The position numbers and the translations under genes are program-made. DNA of 64,000 nucleotides from assembly GCF_009914755.1 (NCBI RefSeq), contig NC_060926.1; one strand, 5' to 3'. Shown here piece by piece: positions 14,641 through 26,240 of this stretch. Each line of letters starts with the position of its first letter. Within the stretch, counting starts at the first letter, position 1. This stretch comes from the human T2T-CHM13v2.0 reference genome, Homo sapiens. The notes below the pieces were generated by a model that saw nothing but the letters and a program-made list of their open reading frames with translations, was not told the origin of the DNA and did no database searches.

Positions 14641-14856
14641 ATAATCAGTTGAAACTTTAATAAAACATAGCCTACAATCCCAGACTGTTTCTCAGTTGGC
14701 TCTGGCTTCAGTTGTCTGATAGATGTGGTCCTAAAACCCCTACACAAATGTCCTGGGTTTAAATAAATGTAAGAGTTTTGTATGTTCCAGGGCCTTGTTT
14801 CAAACCATGAACTAAAAAGAAAATCTAGAAAAATTGCATCAACAACTATATTGATG

Positions 14857-14933
14857 ATGATCATGCCACTGCACTTCAGCCTGGGTGACAGAGTGAGACG
14901 CTATCTCAAAAACAAAACAAAACAACAACAAAA
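14857..14933 (+). mobile_element. Severely 5'-truncated Alu (last ~50 bp + A-rich tail)
   Basis: atgatcatgccactgcacttcagcctgggtgacagagtgagac + tail; 13-bp TSD aactatattgatg (14844-14856) / aactacattgatg (14934-14946). Confidence 0.9.
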
Positions 14934-15354
14934 AACTACATTGATGGAATTGGACCTCCATGCATTTTTTTAAGACAAACCCAATATTTTCATACCCCTT
15001 TTTCTCCTTGCTGCCTTCCTCAATACAGCTAATAATATTTGAACTACAACTGAGTTACTGAAGTTTCTCTAATCAATTGAGCCATAGCAATTCTGTAAAT
15101 AATAATACTCTATAAGAGCTATTTTGTTCAGCTCACTTATGTTAAACTTACAGTAAATTTTGTCATTTAAGAAGTATATATTCCAGTACTATTCTCCTCC
15201 GTAATTTAAGAATTCCCCAATTCTTAAACCCTACCATATTTTGTAAGGTTTTCTATAATACACAATAAAGCATTGCAGAAAAGTTCAAGGCCCCCCCTTA
15301 GACTCTTAATAACTATTTAGATATAAAGCTAGGGTTTTAAAATTAACTATTTAT

Positions 15355-15553
15355 AACCTTATTTAATGCTTCTGACAACCTTATGAAGTAGCCATTATTT
15401 TTTACTTCAAATTACAGATGAGAAACCTGAGGTTTTAAGAAGTTTAATAATTGACCCAATGTCACATAGCTAGAAAGAGGCAGAATCCATGCATAAGCCC
15501 GAGTATCCCAGACTCCAGAGACCACATTCTTAGCCACTGTGCCACACTGCCCC
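15355..15553 (-). mobile_element. MIR SINE
   Basis: ttacagatgagaaacctgagg...acccaatgtcacatagctag...gactccagag. Confidence 0.85.
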
Positions 15554-16374
15554 CAGGCTCTTATTCAAGGTATCTGTACAGCCTAAAGTCTGATCCTTCA
15601 TGTAATTATTTAGTACAGTTTCTGTCCCCAAAGTAATTGTTTAAAAATGTTAGCTGCTGATGTTGGCGTAATTGTATAGGCATTAAATTTCATATCTCTG
15701 AAATCACATTTTAGAGAACAGCTTTATTTTACTGCACATACCCTGAAAGTAATACATATTACTGCAGAAGAATTCTTATATACTAGTGGAACAGATCATG
15801 CAAACTGCTTTCAGGTACTGATATTGGGCAGTGAACTAAGCTCACCCACCAGCTTCACGAGTCTTCACCTGCACAGTTTGCATCGTTCATATCTGTTCAA
15901 ATTACTAAATGCCGCAGACTTTCAAGCTTGCTTGCAAGTTGGTGGAGTCCAAGGACATTTAGTATTTTTATGTCAAAGGTCTGTTGCAGTGCTTGAATTA
16001 ACTATGCACATAATGTAAATACTACCAGGTAACATTTCAATATTTATACCATAGGCAAACTATAAAGCGTAGAGCCATGATTATGAAATCAATTTTTTTC
16101 ATATGTAAGAGAAACCAACTATTAGTTTCCATGAAAACCTTCCAATGGACTCAAATATCTAAATAAAATACAAAATCTTTATACCCAGCCCTCAATTTTG
16201 TCTCTGTAATTTTTCACTGACATTTAGATAAAAACTAACCATACCGTATGTAAACCTCCAAATTATATTCCAATAGGTGAATTAAGTACCCTTACAAAGA
16301 AATATCCAGAAAATAGAGGGCAATTAACTATGTTGTCCCTACCTAAGGAGGAGAAAGAGAATCAACACTTAGCT

Positions 16375-16600
16375 TGTTCCCTATGCTAGATACCATGGTA
16401 ATGTTCACACATTATCTCTTCTAATCCTCTAAGGAAGTGCTTTAATAGTTAATATCATAATTTTGCAGATGAGAAACCTGAGGCTCAAGGAAACTAAAAG
16501 TAGCCTGACCAAAGTCACTAGATGATGGATGAGTGACAGAACCAAATGAATTCAAGTTCCCTGGGGTCCATGTTCTTTCTCCTGTTCCATATGCTTGCTC
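16375..16600 (-). mobile_element. MIR SINE
   Basis: ttttgcagatgagaaacctgaggctcaagg...ccaaagtcac. Confidence 0.8.
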
Positions 16601-18097
16601 TACCTGTATAGATTCATATTTATAAATATTAACCTTGTACATTCCTTACCTGCCTACCCTCACCATAATAAAATCATAAGCCAGCATACTGGTAATATTG
16701 CTTAGTATACTCTCCAAAGTTGAGGAAGAGTGGTGTGATGGATTAGAAAGATTCCCAGGAAACTGGCATCTGGACTTTAATAGTAGTGTTGCCACATTAG
16801 ACATTAGAAGGTTACATTTCATGTTGCTTCTGCAGACAGGTAGAAAATATTTGGTCTTTTGTTATACTAATTAGTTTTGGTGTTTCATCATCTAAGTAGG
16901 GAGTGTCTATTCTCTGCATGTATGTATATACATATATATGTATGTTTTCTCTTGTATTTTGTGTTTTCTGCAACTGTTGAAAGGTGTGTATATATTATGC
17001 AGCTACCTCAGAAAAGTTATAACCTTATATTGTTAAGATCAGACACCTTCAATGCAAAAATAAAAAAGTCACCCCCAGTAAAAATGATGTGGTATGTAAG
17101 AGCAAGAAGTGTTTTAATTGCCCAGGAAAAAAATTCTTCGATGTTAGAAGTTCAATTTCTTCTAACTCTGAGGGATTTTTAATGTCACAAAGCCTTCTAG
17201 CCAGCCTGAAGCCATAGTTGGAGAGGGATTGTGTATTGGGACATTGCTTTTTAGAACCAAAAATGAGTTTTCAGGTTTCTTTGACTCCGTTAGTTTTAGA
17301 AGGAGGTGGAGTTCAACTTCACAAAGCCTGCCCAAGGCTCAGTGGGTATGTACTTTCAACCCTTACCTTAACAGACAACATTGGGTCCTTTGGACCTGAT
17401 GACTGGAGTTTCTTTGATGTGTAATGATTTACCCCTACTGCTGTGTGTGTGGACAGATCACTTTAATCCTCTGACCCTCAGATTTTGCATCTGGCTTGTC
17501 ACTATTTAGGTGCCGCCTATCTTTGATATTTTACAATTCTCAGGACCTTTCCCAATTTCAGATTCTAGGAAAAGGGAAGACATGTTCTAGGGTGCATTTG
17601 TGGTTGAATCTTGAATTTGTGGGTTACAAGGAAAACATGTCATTACAGTGGTTTCCCAGGTGGCCTCACACTCAGGTGAACAAGGAACTGAAGCTTGGAG
17701 TACAGCTGGTAGTTGAGCTGTTCTAAATCGTGAACTGATCGGCAATATGGAACCCATCACTCCTTATTGTACTCCCATAACTTAGGTCTGTGACTGATCC
17801 GATGTCTGAAACACAGGTTTGAATAACTCTTAATCAGCTTGGTCATTATGTAAGTAGAAGCCAAAGAGGGAATATAGGTCTGTGCCTGTCACATACCAAA
17901 ACCTACACCTTAGCTAAATGACATTCTGTTATTAACTGAGACCATCGGTTTATAAAAATTAAAAGCTTCAACTTTTTGGTTTTTTTTTTCTTTTTCTTTT
18001 TCTGTAGGCACATTAGTGCCTGTTGGTAAAAGCCAGTAATTGTGAGTGGCCACAGTGCCCAGGGTTGGCAGGTGGTGTGGCATTCTTTTTATTTTTT

Positions 18098-18238
18098 AGT
18101 TTTAATAATATATTTAACACAGTATAACCAAAATATTACTTCAACATGAAATTAATATAAAAATTACTAGATATTTTACATTCTTTTTTCACACTCAATC
18201 TTTAAATTCTAGAGTGTATTTTTTGCTTACAGTACACC
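18098..18238. mobile_element. MER33-like hAT-Charlie fragment
   Basis: ttttaataatatatttaac...ttcaacatg...gatattttacattcttttttc...cttacagtaca. Confidence 0.7.
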
Positions 18239-20565
18239 AGGCCCTTGAATAACATCGTTTTGCTTATTAGCACATCCTTTTCCAGTCTCCAGAAACATTC
18301 TCTGTCCCTCAAAGCCACTCCAGTATGTGCGAGTATGTGTGTTAGACACATACACATGTTCTTTGATCTAAAGAACAGATTTTTTTAATCATATGTAAAA
18401 TACAACATGAGCATCTTTTGGGGAAAAAATTGATGTTTTAATTGACCTTAATGTAAAAATCTAAGTAAATACTGTTTGTAATACAAATGCACCTTTTGAA
18501 AATTTCCCCACTACCACTTCCCACCAGATTGCTGCCTTTGGCTGCTCCTATTTAGACATTCTGGAGCTGCCACAAAGTGTGAATATCACACATCCAAGGT
18601 GCCTGGGAATTGAGTCAATATTTTCACATAATACCGGTGGCCACCAAAATATAGTTACTTACTTAGACTGACAGATTGTTATTTTTTCTCTTAAAACAAT
18701 AGGACCCTCATTATTTATCTTTTCTAAACCTTTTCTTGGAAGATCAAAAGAACAAACCTGCCCTTCCAAATCTGTAAAGTATCCCAACCAAATGATTCTC
18801 TTACCAAGTTGATAGGAGGGGAATCCAAGACACATGAGCTCTATCACCTTCCCTTACCCACACACATTTTCTTATTATTTTATTACTTAATTTTTTTTTT
18901 GAAAAGAGTGGTTTATAACTTAATTTTAGAATACAAGGTAGTTGGATGGTAAAGCCTGTAATGTATCTTTAAAAATGGATTTCAGGCTGCCTGTATGAGA
19001 AAAGGTGCTCAGCTTTTCTGTAAAATGTCATGACAGTTTCTGCACAGAGACTGGAGACTTGGAGAATGTTAACGGCAGTGGGGCAGTAGAGTACTTTATG
19101 GATCAATAGTTTTGCAAACTAAAAATAGCCTGTGATGGGACCTATCCCAACACAACACTCAGCTAAAGAGGCTGTTTTCATCCCCACAATCAAGTATCTC
19201 AAAAAGTCAAGTCTTTTCAAGTAGGTGACTTCAAGTATCTCTGTTACGTAGAGCTTAAAAAAACCTAATTTGCAATTTACATCCAAATTGGCACACTTTT
19301 CCTGTGCCTATTCTGTAAACACCATGCCAGCCAGGTGTTTGTGTCCATCCTGGCTGGCCAACGTCTTAGCCTCATCCCCGTCTGGGGAAGGGGCTCAGGT
19401 GGGAACCCCGCCATCTCAGTGACCACTGTGGAGGGTGAATCATACCCCTCCAGGTAAGGTTCACAGCTGAAAAAGCCAAAGCCAAACACACAAATAATGG
19501 GGCAATAAGGAATTAAAGCGGGCCCCATTCTTGCAGAGGACACGGGGAATACAGCTAGATACAGTGCAGGAGGAGAGATTCAGGCTGTCGCCGCAGGGTC
19601 AAAAGTTCAGACAAGCAGAACAAGGAAGACTGGAGAGTTCATATGTTGGAGGAAAGTGGGAAAAGAAAGGGAAAGCAGGGAACCTGGTTGCCTCTGCTCA
19701 CAGCTCTTCCTGATGCAGCTCTAATTCATAAGTTAAACTCTTGTTTTTCTGCCCTTGAATTTTGCCTTGAGGACCATTTTCCTCTCTCACTGACTTCACA
19801 GACTCTGTCTGACCTTTCTTATTTCTCCCCATGGTCCTCCTGTCACCAGAAACCTTTCAAACGGTTATTCTATATGCTTGTAGATTCTAGTGCCTTGCTA
19901 CAAATATAGGTTATATTATTGACCATTATTTCTCCTGATAGTTTTCAGGGGAAAAACTGCTGATGTCCAATGAATTCTCTTGGTTTGATTTTTGCCTGGA
20001 AATTTGAGAGTAACAATTACTTTTCTCAAGATGAAAACAATTCAACCTTTGTCCCAATTGCTTAACTAGAATTGTGGAAGAAAGGCTTTTGCTCAAATAC
20101 TGTTAATAAATGACTGCCTCAGAATTCTGAAGAGTTTCTCACGGTCAAAAAATACTAATGACATGTGTGCAAGTGATTTTCTTGCCTGATAGAGTCCAAG
20201 TGTACATCCACAACGAAAAGCATCAAAGCTAATATTTCTTTAGCCTATCTTGGAGAACTTTAGCGTGAAATGACAATTTCCATGACAAGTTGTCTTAGAA
20301 ATGAAGAGAGGTTTTCATTTTCATGTAGTTGCTCATAATTTTCTACTTATCGCTTCTACAACAACTTTCAAAGCAGTGAATGTTCTGTTTTGTTCAAAAA
20401 CATGTATAATTTTGCAGAAACTTAATGTACTTGTAGCTATTCTGGTGGTGTACTTTTAATTGCTTTTCATTCTGGAAAACTATGCTTGATGATCATGACT
20501 TCGAAGGAGCTGATGATCGCTACTTCGATTGTTGTCATTGTTGTCTGTCTTTCTTTCTGTGTCTC

Positions 20566-20970
20566 TTTTTTTTTTTTTTTTTTTTTTGAGCCAGGGTTTC
20601 ACCCTGTCACTCAGGCTAACATACAGTGGTGTGGCATGATCATGGCTCACTGCAGCATTGACCTTCTGGGCTCAGGTGATCCCTTCTGGGTAGCTGGGAC
20701 TGCATGGCTAATTTGTTGTGTTTTTTGTAGAGACAGGGTTTTGCCATGATGCCTAGGCTGGTCTGGAACTCCTGGGGTCAAGTGATCTGCCCACCTTAGC
20801 CTCCCAAAGTGTTAGAATACTAACACTCATTTAAAAAATTAAGCAGGAGATCACTAGGCAGAGAATTGGGAAAGAAATTCCTGGCTCAATGTATTGCAGG
20901 AGTTAAGGCTCACAGGTAGCAAGTGTGCAATATGTCAGGGCACTATGGAGAGATGCTAACTGGCCCGGCC
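20566..20970 (-). mobile_element. AluJ with internal deletions, interrupted near its 5' end by about 142 bp of non-Alu sequence
   Basis: T22 tail, AluJ-type gatcatggctcactgcagc. The Alu runs to ctcccaaagtgttagaatac (20820) and resumes as gcccggcc (20963-20970). Confidence 0.9.
20827..20962 (+). repeat. Inverted duplication, left arm (136 bp)
   Basis: Reverse complement of 21949-22084 at 133/136 positions, aligned by hand with no gaps. Confidence 0.96.
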
Positions 20971-21061
20971 TCATTTCCTCTACTTTGAATGAGTTTTTTT
21001 TCCTTGGGTAGAGATTATGGAAATCAAAGTACTTAAGGAGTAAAATAAGATTATTGTGTAT

Positions 21062-21266
21062 CAGGGTTTCTCAACCTCCTCACTACTGACATTTTAGTCC
21101 TGATAATTCTTTGTTGTGAAGGGTTGTCTTGTGTGTTATAGGATGTTTAGTAGCATCTCTGGCCTCTACCCACTAGAAGCCAGGAGCACTTCCCTCTAAT
21201 TGCAACAACCAAAAATGATCCAGATATTTCCTGGGGGACAAAATCATCCCTGGTTGAGAATCACTT
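21062..21266. mobile_element. MER20 hAT-Charlie MITE
   Basis: cagggtttctcaacctc...actactgacatttt...ggatgtttagtagcatctctggcctctacccactaga...ggttgagaatcact. Confidence 0.9.
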
Positions 21267-21948
21267 CTCTATAATCTTTAAATAAATATGCATATGCACA
21301 CTCAGTGCCCTATACCTACATCAGTTCATTTGGAACACACATTATTTGATATGAATGCAGTCAGCAGATAACACAAGAAATAGGTGAAGGTTTGTTTCTT
21401 AACTGAATTTATCTCTGAAATTACCATTACTCAAAATTCTCAACAGTTTCTCTCCCCACAGTAATTTGGTAAAAACCTCTTGTCACAATTTTTTTTTTCT
21501 CTGTGATCTTACTGCTGCTTATAATCTCACTATTTAAAAAGATGCCCTAGTATTCTGAAACTACTTCCAGAAGGGGACATTTTACTGTTGTTCAAATAGT
21601 AATACCTAATTAGGATTCTCCCACTGATTTCTTTTTAACTAAGGCAGCTAGCTTAAAATAAGCCTCTAATGAAAGAGGACAGGAACAGGTAGGTAGAGAA
21701 TATGCTGGAGAAGATGTGTATAAAGAAGACACTGGAAGATGGCAAGGCCCATTCCATTCATATCACCCATAAAGTTGAGGACCAGTTATTAAATGCAACC
21801 ACAGAGCGGACATAGTTCATACTCCATAAGCGCTTAATAGCTGAGGGTTAAATTCTTGTTGGAATTCTCTGGATAGGCCTATGATCAATCTACCTTTAGT
21901 TTTACTTTCCATTAATCCCTTTTAAGAAAGGAAAATAAATCTTTCATA

Positions 21949-22084
21949 CAGTTAGCATCTTTCCATAGTGCCCTGACATATTGCACACTTGCTACCTCTG
22001 AGCCTTAACTCCTGCAATACATTGAGCCAGGAATTTCTCTCCCAATTCTCTGCCTAGTGATCTCCTGCTTAATTTTTTAAATGA
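21949..22084 (-). repeat. Inverted duplication, right arm (136 bp; probable donor copy)
   Basis: cagttagcatctttcc...aattttttaaatga, the reverse complement of 20827-20962. Confidence 0.96.
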
Positions 22085-22610
22085 AAAGATAGTAAGAATG
22101 CAGGATATTTCTAAGCAGTTACTGGAAACCATGTGCTGTAGTAAATAAGCCCCATCCAAAGTGAGGACAATATACAGAGGCAGGAAGATCATGTTTATCC
22201 CTAGAGTCACGGTCATCGACATTAGTGGCTTCGCTCCCAACCTCTGAAGGCAGGTCAGTGTTTGCAGATGAGTGTGTTCAAGTATATCAAGGGACAGACA
22301 CTGCTACCCAGGGCATGAGCATGCTGGTTACAGAAAGCAAAAGGTCTCATTGTTCTATGTGTGCCCCCAGGCAGCATTGGTCTTACCTGGGAGCTTGTTG
22401 GAAATATAGACTCTTGGGTCTGCATTTTAACAGGATTCACAGGTCATTTCTGTAATGTTCAAGTTTGTGAAGCTCTGGCATAAGAAACATTTTCCAGAAT
22501 ATCTTCTCATGAGATGCTCTGGGGGGTGGTGGGGGAAACAACAACGGGGGTTTGGGGAAGCATGGGTTCAAATACATATATATGTGGGAATCTCCTCATG
22601 CTACAGCCGC

Positions 22611-23330
22611 TGCTATGGTCTCAATGTTTGTGACCCTCTGTTTTGGTCTATTCATGGTGCTGGAACAAAATACCTTAGACTGGGCAATTTATAAACAGAA
22701 GAAACTTATTGCTCACAGTTCCAGAGGCTGGGAGGTCCAAGATCGAGGCACCAGCAGATTTAGTGTCTGGTGAGGGCTTGCTCTCTGCTTCAAAGATGGA
22801 GGCTTCTTGCTGTCTCCTCATATGATGGAAGAGGCAAACAAGCTCTGTCAGTCCTCTTTTATAAGCGCACCAATCCCATTCACAAGGACTCCACCTTCAG
22901 GACCTCCTCGCCTCCCAAAGACCTCACCTCTTAATACCTCCACTTTGAGGATTGGATTTCAATATGTAAATTTTGGAGAGAAAAACAGTCAGACAATAGC
23001 ACTCCTCAAAATTCTTATGTTGAAACCTAATTCCCAGAGTGATAGTATTAAGAGGTGGGGCTTTTAGGAAGTGACTGGGTAATGAGGGCTTCATCCTCAT
23101 AAATGATATTAATGCCCTTATAAAAGAGGCTGCCTTGTCTCTTAGGCACCTTCTGTGAGGACACTTAGAAGGCACCATCTATGAGGAAAAGGCCCTCACT
23201 GGGCACTGAATCTGCTGGTCCCTTGATCTTGGACTTTGCAGCCTGTGGAACTGTGAGCCATAAATTTCTGTCGTTGATAAATTACCCAGGCTAAGATATT
23301 TTGCTATAGCTGCCTGAACACACTAAGACA
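22611..23330 (+). mobile_element. MLT1A-family MaLR solo LTR (outer), interrupted at 22639-23001
   Basis: Starts tgctatggtctcaatgtttgtg, ends actaagaca; 5-bp TSD gccgc (22606-22610) / gccac (23331-23335). Confidence 0.85.
22639..23001 (-). mobile_element. MLT1A0-like MaLR solo LTR (inner, opposite orientation)
   Basis: tgttttggtctattc...aacaaaataccttagactgggcaatttataaac...cagacaatagca. Confidence 0.87.
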
Positions 23331-23751
23331 GCCACTTTTTGGAGATTCGCAACGTACTTAGTCACTGAGAAACATACTTTAGGAAATTCCAGTTTATAAG
23401 ATCAGGCCTTAGGGATGGGGGAGGCTTGAATTCTAGACATTTCTAAGTAAAATTTGGTTATGGAAAACAAGGGTTTAACATGATAAAAGTGAAAGGTGAT
23501 TACTTTGGATCAACTTTATTATTTTTTAATGTCAAAAAATGGATACATTGTCATATGTCATGGTAGTCAGCTTGCTAAATACCATTAGCTTCCAAGTGAT
23601 CCTGTCAAAGGCAATCCAGAAATGCATAATTACTATTGAGTCAATGCTTATTTACCGAGTCTAATTATTTATTTTGTTGGCAGTTATTGTTCTTTCTGGC
23701 ATTAGTTCTAAAGCTATTTGGTAAAATATGGACAGTTCTAAAGTATAGGTA

Positions 23752-24463
23752 CAGTATTCATTTGCTAGAGCTGCCATTAAAACATACCACACACTGACCG
23801 GGTGCAGTGGCTTTCGCCTGTAATCCCGGCACTTTGGGAGGCCAAGACAGGCAGATCACCTGAGGTCAGGAGTTCGAGACCAGCCTGACCAACTTGGTAA
23901 AATCCCTTCTCTACGAAAAATACAAAAATTAGCTGGGCATAGTGGTGGGTGCCTTAATCCCAGCTACTTGGGAGGCTGAGGCAGGAGAATCTCTTGAACC
24001 TGGGAGGCAGAAGTTGCAGTCAGCCGAGACTGGGCTGCATTGCAGCCATTGCACTCCAGACTGGGCAACAAGAGCAAAACTCTGTCTCAAACAAACAAAC
24101 AAACAAACAAAACAACACACACTGAGTGGCTTAAACAACAGAAGTTGATTTTCTCATGGCTCTGGAAACAAGGGATCCAAGACCAAAGTGTCAGCAAGTT
24201 TGGTTTCTCCTGAGGCCTCTCTTGGCTTACAGATGCCATCTCACGGCGCCCTCGCATGGTCTTTCCTCTATGCTCGCACATCCCTAGAGTCTCCTCCTGC
24301 GTCCAGTTTTTCTTTTATAAGGACACAAATCAGATTGGATTAGGGCCCATCCTCATAGCTCCTTTGAACTTAATCACCTGTTTAAAGACCCTATCTCCTA
24401 ATACAATTATGGAGTTAGGGCTTCAACATATGAATTCTGGGAGAACACAATTTCACCCATAAC
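23752..24463 (-). mobile_element. MLT1B/C-like MaLR LTR split by an Alu
   Basis: gctagagctgcca...tggcttaaacaacagaa...cctgaggcctctcttggctt...cacaatttcacccataac. Confidence 0.82.
23796..24112 (+). mobile_element. AluSp/Sq-like element
   Basis: Dimeric Alu with cctgaccaac and caacaagagcaaaac diagnostics, (CAAA)n tail, cacacact on both flanks. Confidence 0.94.
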
Positions 24464-25447
24464 GATGCCAAATGTTTTTTTTTTTCCGTTTGTTTGTTAG
24501 TTTTTTTGTTTTGTTTTGTTTTGTTTTTGAGAGAAGGGAAGCAGAAATACTTTCATTTGTTTTGAAGGCTTTACATTTAATTTTTACTCATTATTTATGC
24601 CAATTATTGCACACCCCAGAGATGAATTTTATGATGGTCTAGGTCATCACTAATTATTTTGTTTCTGATACAGATTCTTTCACCTTATTTAAAAATATCT
24701 TCAAACTTTTCAATTGTATTACATAAAATAAACCTGACTTCATCAGGGAGTTCCTTGAACTCTAGAGTCTGGTCCAGGCTGTTGCAGTGAGTCGAGATCC
24801 AACTAGTGATACTCCTCATTCCATCTGTTCCTTTAGGTAGTGGATGCAGAGTTGTGCAAGGTTTTCCCTCTGCTGTGATTTATTCACCAAAGTCTATAGC
24901 ATTCCCCTCCAGGATGTGAAAAATCACAGGAGACCTTGTTTGCTAAAAGGGCTCATAGAGAATGAAGGATGAGTATTACATCGACCACTCCTTTTTATGC
25001 TCTGTCTGAGAAATTTCATTTCCTAGCCTGAGCAGCTGCCATTCTCTGAAGCAGCCTGTTGCCACTGCTGCTGAGGGAATAGCTATTTTTAAAATCCCTT
25101 TCTCTTTTTGATAATAAAATATTCACTGAAAATTATATGAGTAAATAAAGTAGGAGTGGGAAGTGAGGACAATAATGATATTGAATATATCACGTAATTA
25201 TGAGCTAGACTTTCCCCAGTCTAAATAATTTTTTGACTACTTTCGGGTCTTTTGCCTGCTGCATCAACTACAGCCAGGTCATCTATTACATACAGCAATT
25301 TACCCTGTCGACAAAGACCGTCGGGAAAAATTCATCATCAATTTATTTCTCACTTCCCCTGCTGCATTTTAATGTTAGGATATTTGCAAAAAAGTTGGCG
25401 GTTATATGAATAAATGAAGCATTGGTTATAGCTGCACTTGACAATAA

Positions 25448-25876
<429 letters not shown>

Positions 25877-25949
25877 TGAGGAAGCTAAGGCAAGTTTCTT
25901 TTCTAAGAAATGTGACATTAGCAGTTGGTAACAGACATGAGTCTAGAGT

Positions 25950-26240
25950 CCAAATTAACTGAGCATCTACTATGTGCCAATAGTATTCTGAATATGTGAG
26001 ATGTGTCAATGAACAAAACAGAGATCTCTACTCTTGGGGAGCTTAATTCTAATTATAGAAGGCAGATAATAAACAATAGACAAAATAAATATATAACTTA
26101 TGTAATAGAAGATGACAAGTGCTATGGAAACAGGAAAAGTAGAGCAGTAAGGGAGGCTGACATATAGGGTCACAGTTTTAAGTAGGGTGGTCAGAAGAGG
26201 TTATATTGAGAAAGTAGCATTTAAGCAAAGTCTGGAAAGG
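25950..26240 (-). mobile_element. L2 fragment
   Basis: actgagcatctactatgtgcca...atgaacaaaacagag...agggtggtcagaagagg. Confidence 0.75.

Noticed and set aside
14400-14864. Longest ORF (154 aa, minus strand)
   Set aside because: It overlaps a decayed L2 fragment and the edge of an Alu, and shows no coherent domain.
20827-22084. Reading the inverted repeat as the termini of a 1.26-kb DNA transposon
   Set aside because: No TSD on the outer flanks, no transposase remnant, and the interior includes an Alu end and a MER20. Arm identity is too high for primate DNA transposons, which are long extinct.
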